Assembly (NCBI RefSeq): GCF_035390745.1
Contig: NZ_DAOOUJ010000004.1
Location: forward strand, 1,375-65,374
Origin: Methanosarcina sp.
GTDB taxonomy: Archaea > Halobacteriota > Methanosarcinia > Methanosarcinales > Methanosarcinaceae
Reading direction: 5' to 3'
Length of the DNA stretch: 64,000 bases
The translations under genes were made by a program, and so were the position numbers. Positions within the stretch are counted from its first letter, which is position 1. Every line of letters begins with the position of its first letter. A model generated the notes under the pieces. It was not told the origin of the DNA. It ran no database searches and saw only the letters and a list, made by a program, of their open reading frames with translations. This document shows, one piece after another, positions 39,040 to 48,589 of the stretch.

Positions 39040-39906
39040 ATGACAGAGGGAGTACTTATTCATAAAAAAACTGAAACCGGAAAAAGTGCCGGAGAAATGG
39101 AAGAAGTAACGCTTATTCCTAAAAAAGCGATTGACATTAAACTGGAAGCAGATGTTATAACTCCTGATTCCTTTGCAGGCAAAAGTGCCGCAGAAATAGG
39201 GATGCTGTCCGTCTGGCAGGGCCCAAAGACCTATCCCCTTTCCGATTTCTTTGAAGTGGTAGGCAAAGCAGGCAGTTCTGCAGCCGAGACCCTGATACGC
39301 ATAAAAGGCGATGCGATGAGGATCAAAAGGATCGGAGAAGGCATGAGTGCAGGAAAAATTGAAATCGAAGGTTCTGCAGGCATGCATGTCGGGACAGGAA
39401 TGAAGGGAGGAGAAATCGTCGTTTACGGAGATGCTGATTCCTGGGCTGGCATGGAAATGCTTGGCGGGCTCCTGCACATTAAAGGCAATGCAGGTGACCA
39501 TGTGGGCTGTGCTTACAGAGGAAAGTGGCACGGCATGAAAGGCGGACGCATAGTTATCGAAGGCTCTGCAAGGCACCAGCTTGGAGGCGGCATGGACGGC
39601 GGCGAAATTCTAGTGGAAGGAAACGTTGAAGGTTTCTGCGGGATCCGTCAGAACGGCGGGCTCATCGTTGTAAATGGTAGAGCTCTCCGTGGAGTGGGCG
39701 CAGAAATGGCAGGCGGAACCATAGTTATCGGGGGTAAAATTGAACGCTTCTCCCCTGGTTTCGAATATGTGTCCATGGAAAATAAGGTCACTTCGGGTGA
39801 GATTGAGCTGATAGGCGACTTCAAGAAATTCACAGGGGACTATGCGATCAGCAAGAGGGCAAAAGGAGCTCTCTATGTATCTATAAACGCAAACCCGGAG
39901 CTCTGA
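39040..39906 (+). CDS. fmdC: Formylmethanofuran dehydrogenase subunit C
   Basis: GXGXG beta-helix repeats; ATG 39040 after GAGGTG. Confidence 0.95.
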   Translation: MTEGVLIHKKTETGKSAGEMEEVTLIPKKAIDIKLEADVITPDSFAGKSAAEIGMLSVWQGPKTYPLSDFFEVVGKAGSSAAETLIRIKGDAMRIKRIGEGMSAGKIEIEGSAGMHVGTGMKGGEIVVYGDADSWAGMEMLGGLLHIKGNAGDHVGCAYRGKWHGMKGGRIVIEGSARHQLGGGMDGGEILVEGNVEGFCGIRQNGGLIVVNGRALRGVGAEMAGGTIVIGGKIERFSPGFEYVSMENKVTSGEIELIGDFKKFTGDYAISKRAKGALYVSINANPEL

Positions 39907-39916
39907 GGTGAGAAGC

Positions 39917-40306
39917 ATGGAAGTAATACTCATTACCGGAAGTACGATTGATGAAGGCAGGCTTGCCAAAGGCGGAGACAAATTCACGGATGATTACACT
40001 ATGGAGTGTGCGTCCTGCTGGATTTCCCCTGTAGATTTTGTATCTCTCTGCTCCCCTGAGAAGGTAAAAGTAACAAGCAGGAACGGGAAACATTCGATTG
40101 TCGTTTATTCTAAATGCACTGATTCTGTCCAGCCAGGGCAGGTGTTCATGCCGAGGGCTATCTGGTCGAATGTTATCATCGATCCTGATACCCTTTCTAC
40201 GGGCTCTCCTCTCTATAAGGGTGCTCCCGTATATGTCGAACCCTCAGATGAAGATGTTCTCAGCGCCGAAGATGTAGTATTGAAAGTTTATATCGGAGGG
40301 CAGTAA
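39917..40306 (+). CDS. fmdD: Formylmethanofuran dehydrogenase subunit D
   Basis: EVILITGSTIDEG, GQVFMPRAIW, TGSPLYKG. Confidence 0.95.
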   Translation: MEVILITGSTIDEGRLAKGGDKFTDDYTMECASCWISPVDFVSLCSPEKVKVTSRNGKHSIVVYSKCTDSVQPGQVFMPRAIWSNVIIDPDTLSTGSPLYKGAPVYVEPSDEDVLSAEDVVLKVYIGGQ

Positions 40307-40308
40307 GC

Positions 40309-41610
40309 ATGATTTACAAAAACATAGTCTGTCCGGTCTGCGGGGCATCCTGTGATGATATCCAGGTTGAGTTCGGAGACGGAAAGATCGAAGCCAGAAA
40401 TGCATGTAAAATGGGGAACGCCAAGTTCAAGGAGGTTGTAAGTTCCCACAGGCTCAGGCAGCCCCTTATAAAGGCTGGCGGAAAACTGACCCCTGCAGCC
40501 TGGGACGAAGCCCTTGAAAGAGCTGCCGATATCCTTGTTTCGGCAAAGCGTCCTCTCCTTTTTATGGGCAGTGAAACCTCATGCGAAGCGCATGAAGTAG
40601 GGCTCAAAATAGGGGAATACCTTGGCGCAATTGTTGACTCCAACGCTACCATCTGCCACGGGCCAACTGCAATGGGAATCCAGGAATCAGGAAAAGTCGG
40701 TGCAACCGAAGGTCAGAAGAAAAACAGAGGTGACCTTATTGTTTACTGGGGAACCAACCCTCTTGAATCCATGCCAAGGCAAATGTCAAGGTATGGAGTT
40801 TTCCCGAGAGGCTACTGGACCAAGCGCGGGCGTTTTGACAGGACAGTTATTACTGTGGACCCGAGAAAAACCCCTACAACCGAAGCTTCCGATCTGCACG
40901 TACAGCTCAAACCCGGTTCGGATTATGAACTGATAAGTGCACTTCTCACCCTGCTTCACGGGAAAGTTCCCCACCCTTCAGTAGAAGAGATCACAGGAGT
41001 TCCCATCCCTGTCATGGAAGAGATGCTCGATATGATGAAGAACTGCAACTTCGGTGCCATTTCAGTTGGGCTCGGCCTTTCTTCGTCCATAGGAAAGCAC
41101 AGGAACGCCGAAATTGCCATGAACCTGGTAAAGGAGCTGAACAATTATGCCAAGTTCACCCTCGGAGCTCTAAGAGGCCACTGTAATGTTGCAGGCTTTA
41201 ACCAGGTCGCTTCTTACATGTACGGCTACCCGTTCGGGCTTGATTTCACCCGCGGGCACCCGCGTTACAACCCCGGGGAATACACAACCGTTGACGTGCT
41301 GAGGGAAAAAGATGTGGATGCAGCTCTTGTGATGTGCGCTGACCTTGTCTGCCATATCCCTGCGGACTGTGCTTCTTATCTTGCAGAAATCCCGATGGTC
41401 TGCCTGGACATTGCTCCCTGCCCGACCACAGCGGCTTCGGATATCGTGCTTCCGGGAGTCATTGACGCCATGGAATGTGACGGAACTTTCTACAGGCTCG
41501 ATGACGTGGCAGTGCACTTCGAACCTTTCACAAGCTCGCCTTTCGAGTTTACGAAGAGCAACGAAGACACCCTGAAGCAGCTCTTTGAGAAGATTAAGGC
41601 AAGAAAGTAG
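40309..41610 (+). CDS. fmdB: Formylmethanofuran dehydrogenase subunit B (metallopterin catalytic subunit)
   Basis: CPVCGASCDD Fe-S motif; ATICHGPT catalytic Cys; LRGHCNVAG. Confidence 0.97.
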   Translation: MIYKNIVCPVCGASCDDIQVEFGDGKIEARNACKMGNAKFKEVVSSHRLRQPLIKAGGKLTPAAWDEALERAADILVSAKRPLLFMGSETSCEAHEVGLKIGEYLGAIVDSNATICHGPTAMGIQESGKVGATEGQKKNRGDLIVYWGTNPLESMPRQMSRYGVFPRGYWTKRGRFDRTVITVDPRKTPTTEASDLHVQLKPGSDYELISALLTLLHGKVPHPSVEEITGVPIPVMEEMLDMMKNCNFGAISVGLGLSSSIGKHRNAEIAMNLVKELNNYAKFTLGALRGHCNVAGFNQVASYMYGYPFGLDFTRGHPRYNPGEYTTVDVLREKDVDAALVMCADLVCHIPADCASYLAEIPMVCLDIAPCPTTAASDIVLPGVIDAMECDGTFYRLDDVAVHFEPFTSSPFEFTKSNEDTLKQLFEKIKARK

Positions 41611-41877
41611 TTTGAGTTTGTTTTCATGGATTTTTCAGTTGAGATCGCACAAAACAAACAGATGATTTGAGAGTGATAAAAAGCTCTCACCTTTTTTTCT
41701 TTTTAGTTTCCTGTGGACACAATGCCGGGTCTAGTGACGAATTTTCCTTCAATATTCTGTGATTTTCATAACTGCGACTGCAGTTGAAGTTTAAGCAATT
41801 ATTTAATACGTGCGTGTACATCTATTACTTGCTAGAACTGGCTGAACCGCCAGTTAACAAAGCATTGAACAAGGAGT

Positions 41878-42633
41878 ATGGGAAAAATGTCACAGGATAA
41901 TAAAAACGATAAATCTTACTACGTTATCATTGCTCTGTCAATTGTTCTGGTGCTGATGTCGGCAACGATATACGCCATTTCACAGAGCGGGTCCGAAAAG
42001 GGTGCGGAAAATACTATTTCCATGAGTGGGTATGCTGAACAGAAAGTTGTCCCCGACACTGCAACATTGAACATAGGTGTTGTAGTTCAGTCTGAAACTG
42101 CAAAGGAAGCGTCCGATAAAAATGCAGCCCTTATGAGCGCTGTAATGGCAGAACTCAAAGCAATCGGACTGCAGGACAGGGAAATAAAGACATCCTATGT
42201 TTCCGTGTACCCGGTATACAGCTATGCGAATGATACGCAAACAATCACAGGTTACTCTGCATCCAACAGCGTGCAGATCACAACCACAAAACTCGACAAG
42301 CTGAGTGAGATCATTGACAGGTCCACAGCCGCCGGAGCTAATGAGATTGGAAGCATTTCCTTCTCAGTATCTGATGAAAAGCAAAAACAGCTTAGTGAAG
42401 ACCTGATGAATGAAGCAGTAGCAGATGCATCATCAAAAGCCAATGCGCTTGCTAAGAGCCTGGGTGTTAAGATAACTGGCGTGCAGACCTCATCTGTAAG
42501 TGAAAGCAGCGGCTCCAGAGTATATTACGATATGGCAATGGAAGAAAAGGCTACAGGAGCAGCTTCCACTCCTATCCAGCCAGGCGAGTCTACCGTTTCA
42601 ATGTCAGTACAGGTAACGTACTACATTGAATAA
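41878..42633 (+). CDS. SIMPL (DUF541) domain protein
   Basis: N-terminal TM; KVVPDTATLNIGV; AKSLGVKITGV; IQPGESTVSMSVQVTY. Confidence 0.9.
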   Translation: MGKMSQDNKNDKSYYVIIALSIVLVLMSATIYAISQSGSEKGAENTISMSGYAEQKVVPDTATLNIGVVVQSETAKEASDKNAALMSAVMAELKAIGLQDREIKTSYVSVYPVYSYANDTQTITGYSASNSVQITTTKLDKLSEIIDRSTAAGANEIGSISFSVSDEKQKQLSEDLMNEAVADASSKANALAKSLGVKITGVQTSSVSESSGSRVYYDMAMEEKATGAASTPIQPGESTVSMSVQVTYYIE

Positions 42634-42731
42634 GAAATTAGGATTAAGTAATTTGAACACTGAGGTAACAAATGATCAGGGGCTGCAGATGACAAATGTT
42701 GTTTGCAGCCTCTCAGATCATTCTTTTTCTA

Positions 42732-43739
42732 TCAATCAGTTCCCTTATGAGTTGTTTTGTATAAGGTTTTCGCGATTGAATATTTTTTACTCTCCAGGGT
42801 TACACTATAATATGGAATTAGCTCAGGAGAAAAGCCCATAATAAAATCCACAAATGCAGGAACATTTGCTGCCATTACATTCATGTATTCGAAGTTTCGG
42901 GACTTCAGGTCAAGAAATTCATTATGATACAGAAGAGCAATGGGGCTCAGATGAGCAAAATCCGGGTTCAGGGCTGAGGTCCAGATTACAGCGCATTTTT
43001 TTCCGTATAGATTTAAGTGAGCTGCAACAGCTTCACCTTCAGGGGTCTCTGAGATAAACATGTATCCAGTGTTTTTTTCCTGAATCAGCTTAAATACTCT
43101 ATCATAGAATTCCCTGGGAAGGGGAGGCTCCAAATTCTGTTTTTCATGGGCCAGTGAAAGCAGACTGTAATATGTTTCAGGGTCATTCAATACCCTGGTT
43201 TTAAGCCCTGCCTCAGTTGCAGTTTTAAGTTCTGTCTTTCTTTCCGTTGAAAGCTTGCTGTCTATGTTTTCTTTCAGGTTCAGATAATGGGTGTAATGCA
43301 CGGAGGAATCCCATCCATTCCATGTAAACGGTCTTATATCCTCAAATCCTGGAGCAAATGTTAGATGAATGCTGTCAAATCCCTGCTTGCAGAGAAATTC
43401 CCTGAGCGGATTGAGGATTTCGTGAGTTTCCTGTACCCTTTTAGATGCTCTGGAACTGGCACTTTCTTTTATAAGAGGCCCACTGTAGCTTGTCATTCTA
43501 CAGTTTGAACTTGCCACTTCCAATATTCCCTTTATATTTTTAACAAAAAGGGGGCATCCTCCCACAAGCTCTCCTTTTCTGAAGCAGCCGTAGATTTTCA
43601 GATCTTTTGACAGGGCATCCCTGCAAATTTCGAGCCAGTCACTTGTATGAAAGAGCGTACCGGGTTGAGCTTTTTCTACAAGCAAATCCCATTCTTTGTA
43701 TTCAGACGGCAGTAATTCTCTGACTTCAATTTCTTCCAT
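42732..43739 (-). CDS. GNAT/FemAB-like acyltransferase
   Basis: EWDLLVEKAQPGTLFHTSDWL N-terminus; two-GNAT architecture. Confidence 0.82.
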   Translation of the reverse strand: MEEIEVRELLPSEYKEWDLLVEKAQPGTLFHTSDWLEICRDALSKDLKIYGCFRKGELVGGCPLFVKNIKGILEVASSNCRMTSYSGPLIKESASSRASKRVQETHEILNPLREFLCKQGFDSIHLTFAPGFEDIRPFTWNGWDSSVHYTHYLNLKENIDSKLSTERKTELKTATEAGLKTRVLNDPETYYSLLSLAHEKQNLEPPLPREFYDRVFKLIQEKNTGYMFISETPEGEAVAAHLNLYGKKCAVIWTSALNPDFAHLSPIALLYHNEFLDLKSRNFEYMNVMAANVPAFVDFIMGFSPELIPYYSVTLESKKYSIAKTLYKTTHKGTD

Positions 43740-43813
43740 TTTAAGCTCCTTAAACTTCCATTTTAAGTTCCATAAGAAAGCGGGTTTGATTCGGAAGCCG
43801 CCCGAACAGTCGT

Positions 43814-44614
43814 TTAACTTCGAAATATTATTGCATGGTATTTGTATTCATAATACATTGATTGTACGCAAATCATTTCAAAACCATTTTTATTTGCAAT
43901 TTTTTTAATTTTATTGGGATAATGTGAATACCCCAGAATGTCTCTTGGGCGTCTTTTCAAGCTTGCTGATATTGAGTTTTTAATCCCGCAAACCACTTTG
44001 CTTACTATTTTCCGGCAGCTTTTATCCTGTGAAAACAGCCCCATTTTCCATAAGGGGTATAGGCGAGGGTCCAGCATGTCAAATAATACTATTTTACCCC
44101 CTTCATTAAGATATTTTGATGCATTGAAAAGAAAATCATCAATTTCCTGATATGTCAGGTACTGAAATACTCCGGCTGCAGTTATTCGGTCGAAGGAAGA
44201 GTCCAGCTTGTCCCAGACAGTTTTGTCGTCAGCCAGAATTAAAGTTGTATTTTCACAATTTCTTTCCTTTATTCTTTTGCTTGCTTCCTCAAGCATTGAT
44301 GGGGAAAAGTCAACTCCTATAGTTTTTTCATATTCTGGCGCATAGTATACCAGAAGTTCTCCGGCTCCGCATCCAAAGTCAAGAATGGTTTTCCCGCCGT
44401 CCAGATGGAATAGTTTTTCCCTTGCTTCCATAGCAAGAAATTCTTCAGCTGATGATCTGTGCCCTCCCCTTCTCTTATCTGCAAAAAACTCTTCCCATAC
44501 GTTTTTTGGCTTTAATACCTTTTTTTCATATTCTTCTGAAACGTTTTGTTCATATCCGGCAGACCTGTTTTTTTCATAAATTCCAGACACTTTTTTTTCA
44601 TGCCCCACAGACAT
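43814..44614 (-). CDS. Class I SAM-dependent methyltransferase
   Basis: ILDFGCGAGELL, GVDFSPSML, FDRITAAGVFQY. Confidence 0.9.
   Translation of the reverse strand: MSVGHEKKVSGIYEKNRSAGYEQNVSEEYEKKVLKPKNVWEEFFADKRRGGHRSSAEEFLAMEAREKLFHLDGGKTILDFGCGAGELLVYYAPEYEKTIGVDFSPSMLEEASKRIKERNCENTTLILADDKTVWDKLDSSFDRITAAGVFQYLTYQEIDDFLFNASKYLNEGGKIVLFDMLDPRLYPLWKMGLFSQDKSCRKIVSKVVCGIKNSISASLKRRPRDILGYSHYPNKIKKIANKNGFEMICVQSMYYEYKYHAIIFRS
44507..44602 (-). repeat. Imperfect 24-nt tandem repeat x4 at the methyltransferase N-terminus
   Basis: HEKKVSGI/YEKNRSAG/YEQNVSEE/YEKKVLKP; each unit starts YATGAAMAAAA. Confidence 0.7.
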
Positions 44615-45120
44615 ATTTTCTTTAAACCCCCAGATATTGCCTTTTTCGATACGCCTCTCTATGCAATCTGAAATTAACTATACAATCCGGTTTGTTACAG
44701 CATCCGGTTTGTTACATTATCAAGTTCTCTCAGTTATTTTCCCCAAAATAACCCAAAACCGTAAAAATGTACTGAAGAGTTCTATTTTTATCGATATATA
44801 TAAATTTCTCTGGCGGCTGAAACTTCTTCAAATTTGTTTTTTAATATTCATTACTTCCCGGTTATGTCTTTCTTTCTGTTCATAAATATGAATCTCTTCC
44901 CAATTTATTCTAAACATGAATCCCTATGGTTTCAAAAATGTGTATCCTTTGAGTCATAGTTTCTCGTTTCAAGCGAATAAAGTATAAAATTAGAAAATTT
45001 AAAAAGTATTTTATGCTCTGCCAATGTCTTATGTAAGGAAATTTCGCAGTTGAGCTCTAATGTATAGTTTAGCTTGATGTATAGTTAAATTTATGAAATA
45101 ACTAATAAGGTCTGATCTGA

Positions 45121-46140
45121 ATGCTTAAAAGAAGGTATATTGGCAAATGGCTGATGCTTATCTTTTCTGTTTCTGTTTTTTTGTGTGTTTCTGCAAGTGC
45201 AGATGATAACGAATCGAAAGGCACTGATTATGATGACATCTCCAATTCTGTAAAGGATTTTGCAAATGATCCCTCGTTTATAGCTTTCAGAGGAACCATA
45301 CCAGAAACGGTTGATCAGGAGTGGAAAAATTCAATTACAGATTGCTGGCTAAATCTTAACAAAATAGGGTCTTCATACTCTGAATTTGACAAGTCTATAA
45401 AAAGTGTTGCAGTCGGTCATGTAATAATAATTGAACTGGGCTCTGCCTATAAAGGAGAAGTAGACAACTCCAGAATTGACGAGATGTATCAGAAAATTGA
45501 GAATTACTGTGAAGAGCAGGAAGGGGTAAGTGAAATTCCTGTGGTCTTTATGTGGGCTCTGGATGAGGAGGACCTTCCATTGCCGGACTACGGACCTCAG
45601 ATTTTTGAAGAAGCTAAGAAGAATCCATTGTTCGTAGCTGCTCGAGGAACAATGCCTGTAATTACAGATTCCAGTGAAAAAGCGGAATGGACAGATTCAC
45701 TTGTTCAGTGTAGTCGGTCACTTTCTAGCCCTTCTAAAGCGGATACAGGAATTAACCCGTATTTTGCTTCATCCGGTGGCCCTGTGAGCACCTTCGGAAC
45801 CGACATTAATGGATATTTAGCAGTGGGTTTCGAGGGATACAGTTCCGAAAAAGTAAATGAATCATTAATTGACGAGATATATAAGGTAATAGATGAACAA
45901 TGTGAGCAGGAAGGCATCAGTGATGTACCGGTGGTTTTTGAGTTTGAAGGCTACGAGGTTGAAGAAGTAGAACTTTTACCGGAAGATGAGATCCCAAATG
46001 TGAGTGAAAGTGATGATTCCAGCTTATCAGGTAATGAAGAAGAGACTGCTGGTAATAAGATGATCAATCAAACACCCGGCTTTACTTCAATAATGACTAT
46101 TCTAGGGCTTTTATCGTTGCTGACAATCAAGCGTTCATAA
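45121..46140 (+). CDS. Secreted two-repeat protein with PGF-CTERM-like sorting signal
   Basis: Signal peptide; repeats FIAFRGTIP..IPVVFMW and FVAARGTMP..VPVVFEF; TPGF + TM + KRS tail. Confidence 0.82.
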   Translation: MLKRRYIGKWLMLIFSVSVFLCVSASADDNESKGTDYDDISNSVKDFANDPSFIAFRGTIPETVDQEWKNSITDCWLNLNKIGSSYSEFDKSIKSVAVGHVIIIELGSAYKGEVDNSRIDEMYQKIENYCEEQEGVSEIPVVFMWALDEEDLPLPDYGPQIFEEAKKNPLFVAARGTMPVITDSSEKAEWTDSLVQCSRSLSSPSKADTGINPYFASSGGPVSTFGTDINGYLAVGFEGYSSEKVNESLIDEIYKVIDEQCEQEGISDVPVVFEFEGYEVEEVELLPEDEIPNVSESDDSSLSGNEEETAGNKMINQTPGFTSIMTILGLLSLLTIKRS

Positions 46141-46224
46141 CGTTTTTTAAGCCCTGTTTTGCCAGCTTTTTTAGATTTCTTCTGGATTTTTTGCTTTTTT
46201 TCTCCAGCATAATTATTTTTCTTT

Positions 46225-46671
46225 TTACTCTCTTTTTCTGAAAGCCACTTTTTCCCCGCAGTACTGGTGCAGTTTCTTAGTGCCTCCAGCCTCGCTGACC
46301 ACCGTAAGCATTGTTAAGGGATCAATAATTCTGGTCCCCATTATTGCAGTAATACCTCTACTGAAGAACGGGGCAGGGTAAAGAGGCGCGCTTGGACCCA
46401 GCAGGACAACTTCCCCTGCTGCACCCCGGAATGAAATAAGTTCGTCAAAAGTCCGGTTGGCGAGGGTACTTGCACTGAGAATAATCACATCCGACGCGGG
46501 GATAATCTCTTTTGCTTTTTCCGATGGGATAATCGTGGTTTGAGGTGATTCTATTTCACGCTTTTCAAGGACAGTAAGTTTATCTGTAATTTTCAGGATT
46601 TTCGGAACGAGAGGCCCGAAATAGCCTACCATTGCAACCCTGTCTTCTGGTTTTATAAGGTCAATTTTCAC
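46225..46671 (-). pseudogene. DUF364-like Rossmann domain, apparently N-terminally truncated
   Basis: VAMVGYFGP, SDVIILSASTLANRTFDELI, VVLLGPSAPL; 148 aa, weak GTG start, no RBS. Confidence 0.6.
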
Positions 46672-46699
46672 TCAAAAATCTCTTAAGATAGAATTTCAA

Positions 46700-46723
46700 T
46701 GATATGTCTGAACACACATAACG
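46700..46723. promoter_or_regulatory. Putative ModE box upstream of the DUF364-like gene
   Basis: TGATATGT-ctgaacac-ACATAACG (14/16 match). Confidence 0.7.
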
Positions 46724-46844
46724 GTTAATAAGATTTTTTCTAAAAACATGGTATGCAAATATCATTTAAAAAGTAGTATGAGATTCAGGCTGCTTCTCAG
46801 TCCTGAATTCTTAAAAAATAAAGAAAAGGCGTTTTCCTTTCTAT

Positions 46845-47486
46845 TTAAAGCTCGGAGATTCTCTGACTGTATTTCTCGAGTTCTTCAGCCCCTCTTTCTC
46901 TTTTCATGGCGCTGGCTTCGTAAACTATGAAGGAAGGCAGGACTTTCATTCCCATATACTCAAAGACGCAGTGGGTTACGGATTCCATATGTTTGTGAAT
47001 GTCCCCGTGTGCCCCACCTTCGGAATACATCTCTTTTGGAGCTCCGGTAGTAAAGGCGAGCATTGCAGATTTTCCTTTGAAGAGCCCGGTATCGTAGGCG
47101 CTGTTAGTAACAGGATTAAAACCAAACCCCGGAGCCAGAACACGGTCTATCCATCCTTTCATTATGGCTGGCATGGCTGTAAAGAATATAGGGAACTGAA
47201 AGATCAGCAGGTCAGCCCATTTCACTTTTTCCATCTCTTCTTTAATATCGGGTGAAAAAGCCCCTGTTTTTGAGGCTTTGATGGCTTCGAGGAAGGGATT
47301 AAATAAATCCGGATTTTTTCTATCAGTAAAGTCTGAAGCTTTCAATACAGGGTTAAATTCCATTGCATAAAGGTCGGAGAGCTTTACTTCGTGCCCTTTT
47401 TCCTTCAGGGCAGAGAGAGCTGTATCTTTCATGGCAGCGTTAAAGGACTTCGGCTCAGGATGTGCAAAAATATAAAGGACTTTCAT
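46845..47486 (-). CDS. NAD(P)H-dependent (quinone) oxidoreductase, flavodoxin-2 family
   Basis: FAHPEPKSFN, LYAMEFNP, MPAIMKGWIDRV. Confidence 0.92.
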   Translation of the reverse strand: MKVLYIFAHPEPKSFNAAMKDTALSALKEKGHEVKLSDLYAMEFNPVLKASDFTDRKNPDLFNPFLEAIKASKTGAFSPDIKEEMEKVKWADLLIFQFPIFFTAMPAIMKGWIDRVLAPGFGFNPVTNSAYDTGLFKGKSAMLAFTTGAPKEMYSEGGAHGDIHKHMESVTHCVFEYMGMKVLPSFIVYEASAMKRERGAEELEKYSQRISEL

Positions 47487-47554
47487 TTTATTCCCCCTTA
47501 TCCCATGAAATTCGTTTCCCTGAATAAATAAGTAAGGCTGCCTCCCCTGTTAAG

Positions 47555-48130
47555 TTACGCACTGAGCTTTTTCAAAAGCCATGCCATGTTCTGTCCCAGA
47601 ACCTGCATGGTCCGGATTCCTTCTTCATCTTTTTCGACATCCCCTTCAGCAAGCCCCATCCCCATATTCCAGTAGCTGGACCCGGGAATTATCATCTGGG
47701 AAATTGTGAAGAAATGGTTAATGGAATCAAAAACATGAATTGATCCGGCTCTCCTTACCGCAACAACGGCTGCCCCAACTTTGTGTTTGAACATTTCGTT
47801 ATTTGCTTTCGCAACAAAGCCTGCCCTGTCTATAAGGGCTTTGAGTTCAGGTGTCAGGTCTGCAAAATATGTGGGTGATGCAAGGATTATGCCGTCGGCT
47901 TCAAGCATTTTTCCAATGCATTCATTGACAATGTCTTTGTCAATTACACACCTTCGGTCTCTATTTTCATAGCATTTTGAGCAGGCGATACAGCCGTGTA
48001 CACTCTTTCCTCCAATCTGCACGACTTCGGTTTCTATTCCCTCTTTTTCAAGCTCTGCAAGGACATGCTTTATCAGAGAAGCTGTATTTCCTTCCTTTCG
48101 CGGGCTTCCGTTAAATGCAACGACTTTCAT
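47555..48130 (-). CDS. Iron-sulfur flavoprotein (Isf)-like flavodoxin-family protein
   Basis: GSPRKEGNT; CIACSKC...C; ASPTYF; SSYWN. Confidence 0.9.
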   Translation of the reverse strand: MKVVAFNGSPRKEGNTASLIKHVLAELEKEGIETEVVQIGGKSVHGCIACSKCYENRDRRCVIDKDIVNECIGKMLEADGIILASPTYFADLTPELKALIDRAGFVAKANNEMFKHKVGAAVVAVRRAGSIHVFDSINHFFTISQMIIPGSSYWNMGMGLAEGDVEKDEEGIRTMQVLGQNMAWLLKKLSA

Positions 48131-48253
48131 TATTTGTCTCTCCTTTTGTCTCTCCTGGTTATTTGTTACCTATTTTTCAGATTAATTTTCTTCAGCAATT
48201 CTTTAATGGGAGCAGAATTTGAGAACTGAAAAAGATAGAACTGAAAAGATAAA

Positions 48254-48562
48254 TCACAGCTTTTTTCTGTATACATTGATTTCAGTTTCTTTCTCAAGGC
48301 ATTCTGAAAGCAAAGGAAATATTTCCTTGAAATGACTGGAGTTTAAATGTGCATCCAGGCTTTTTTCATCTTCCCACTCTTCTAAAAACGTCAGGATCCC
48401 CGAATTCTCCAGTTCCCCATACAGCCCATATTCTATGCAGCCTTCATCTTTTAATGACGCTTCAACAAGTTTTTTGCATAAACCCATAAATTCCTGAACT
48501 TTTTCAGGTTTAACCTGATTTTTTGCAACAACTCTTATAGTCAACAAATCACCAGCCTGCAA
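48254..48562 (-). CDS. Putative quinol monooxygenase (ABM family)
   Basis: DEGCIEYGLY, FLEEWEDEKSLDAHLNSSHF; true start probably TTG near 48547. Confidence 0.88.
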   Translation of the reverse strand: MQAGDLLTIRVVAKNQVKPEKVQEFMGLCKKLVEASLKDEGCIEYGLYGELENSGILTFLEEWEDEKSLDAHLNSSHFKEIFPLLSECLEKETEINVYRKKL

Positions 48563-48589
48563 ACAGTCCTGATTCTGCCGTTTACATAA

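Noticed and set aside
41608-41670. fmdB ends in TAG with a further short open frame (possible pyrrolysine readthrough)
   Set aside because: FmdB is already full length and the extension (FEFVFMDFS...) looks like T-rich terminator sequence
44860-44883. GGTTATGT resembling a ModE half-site
   Set aside because: No ACAT half at the 8-bp spacing
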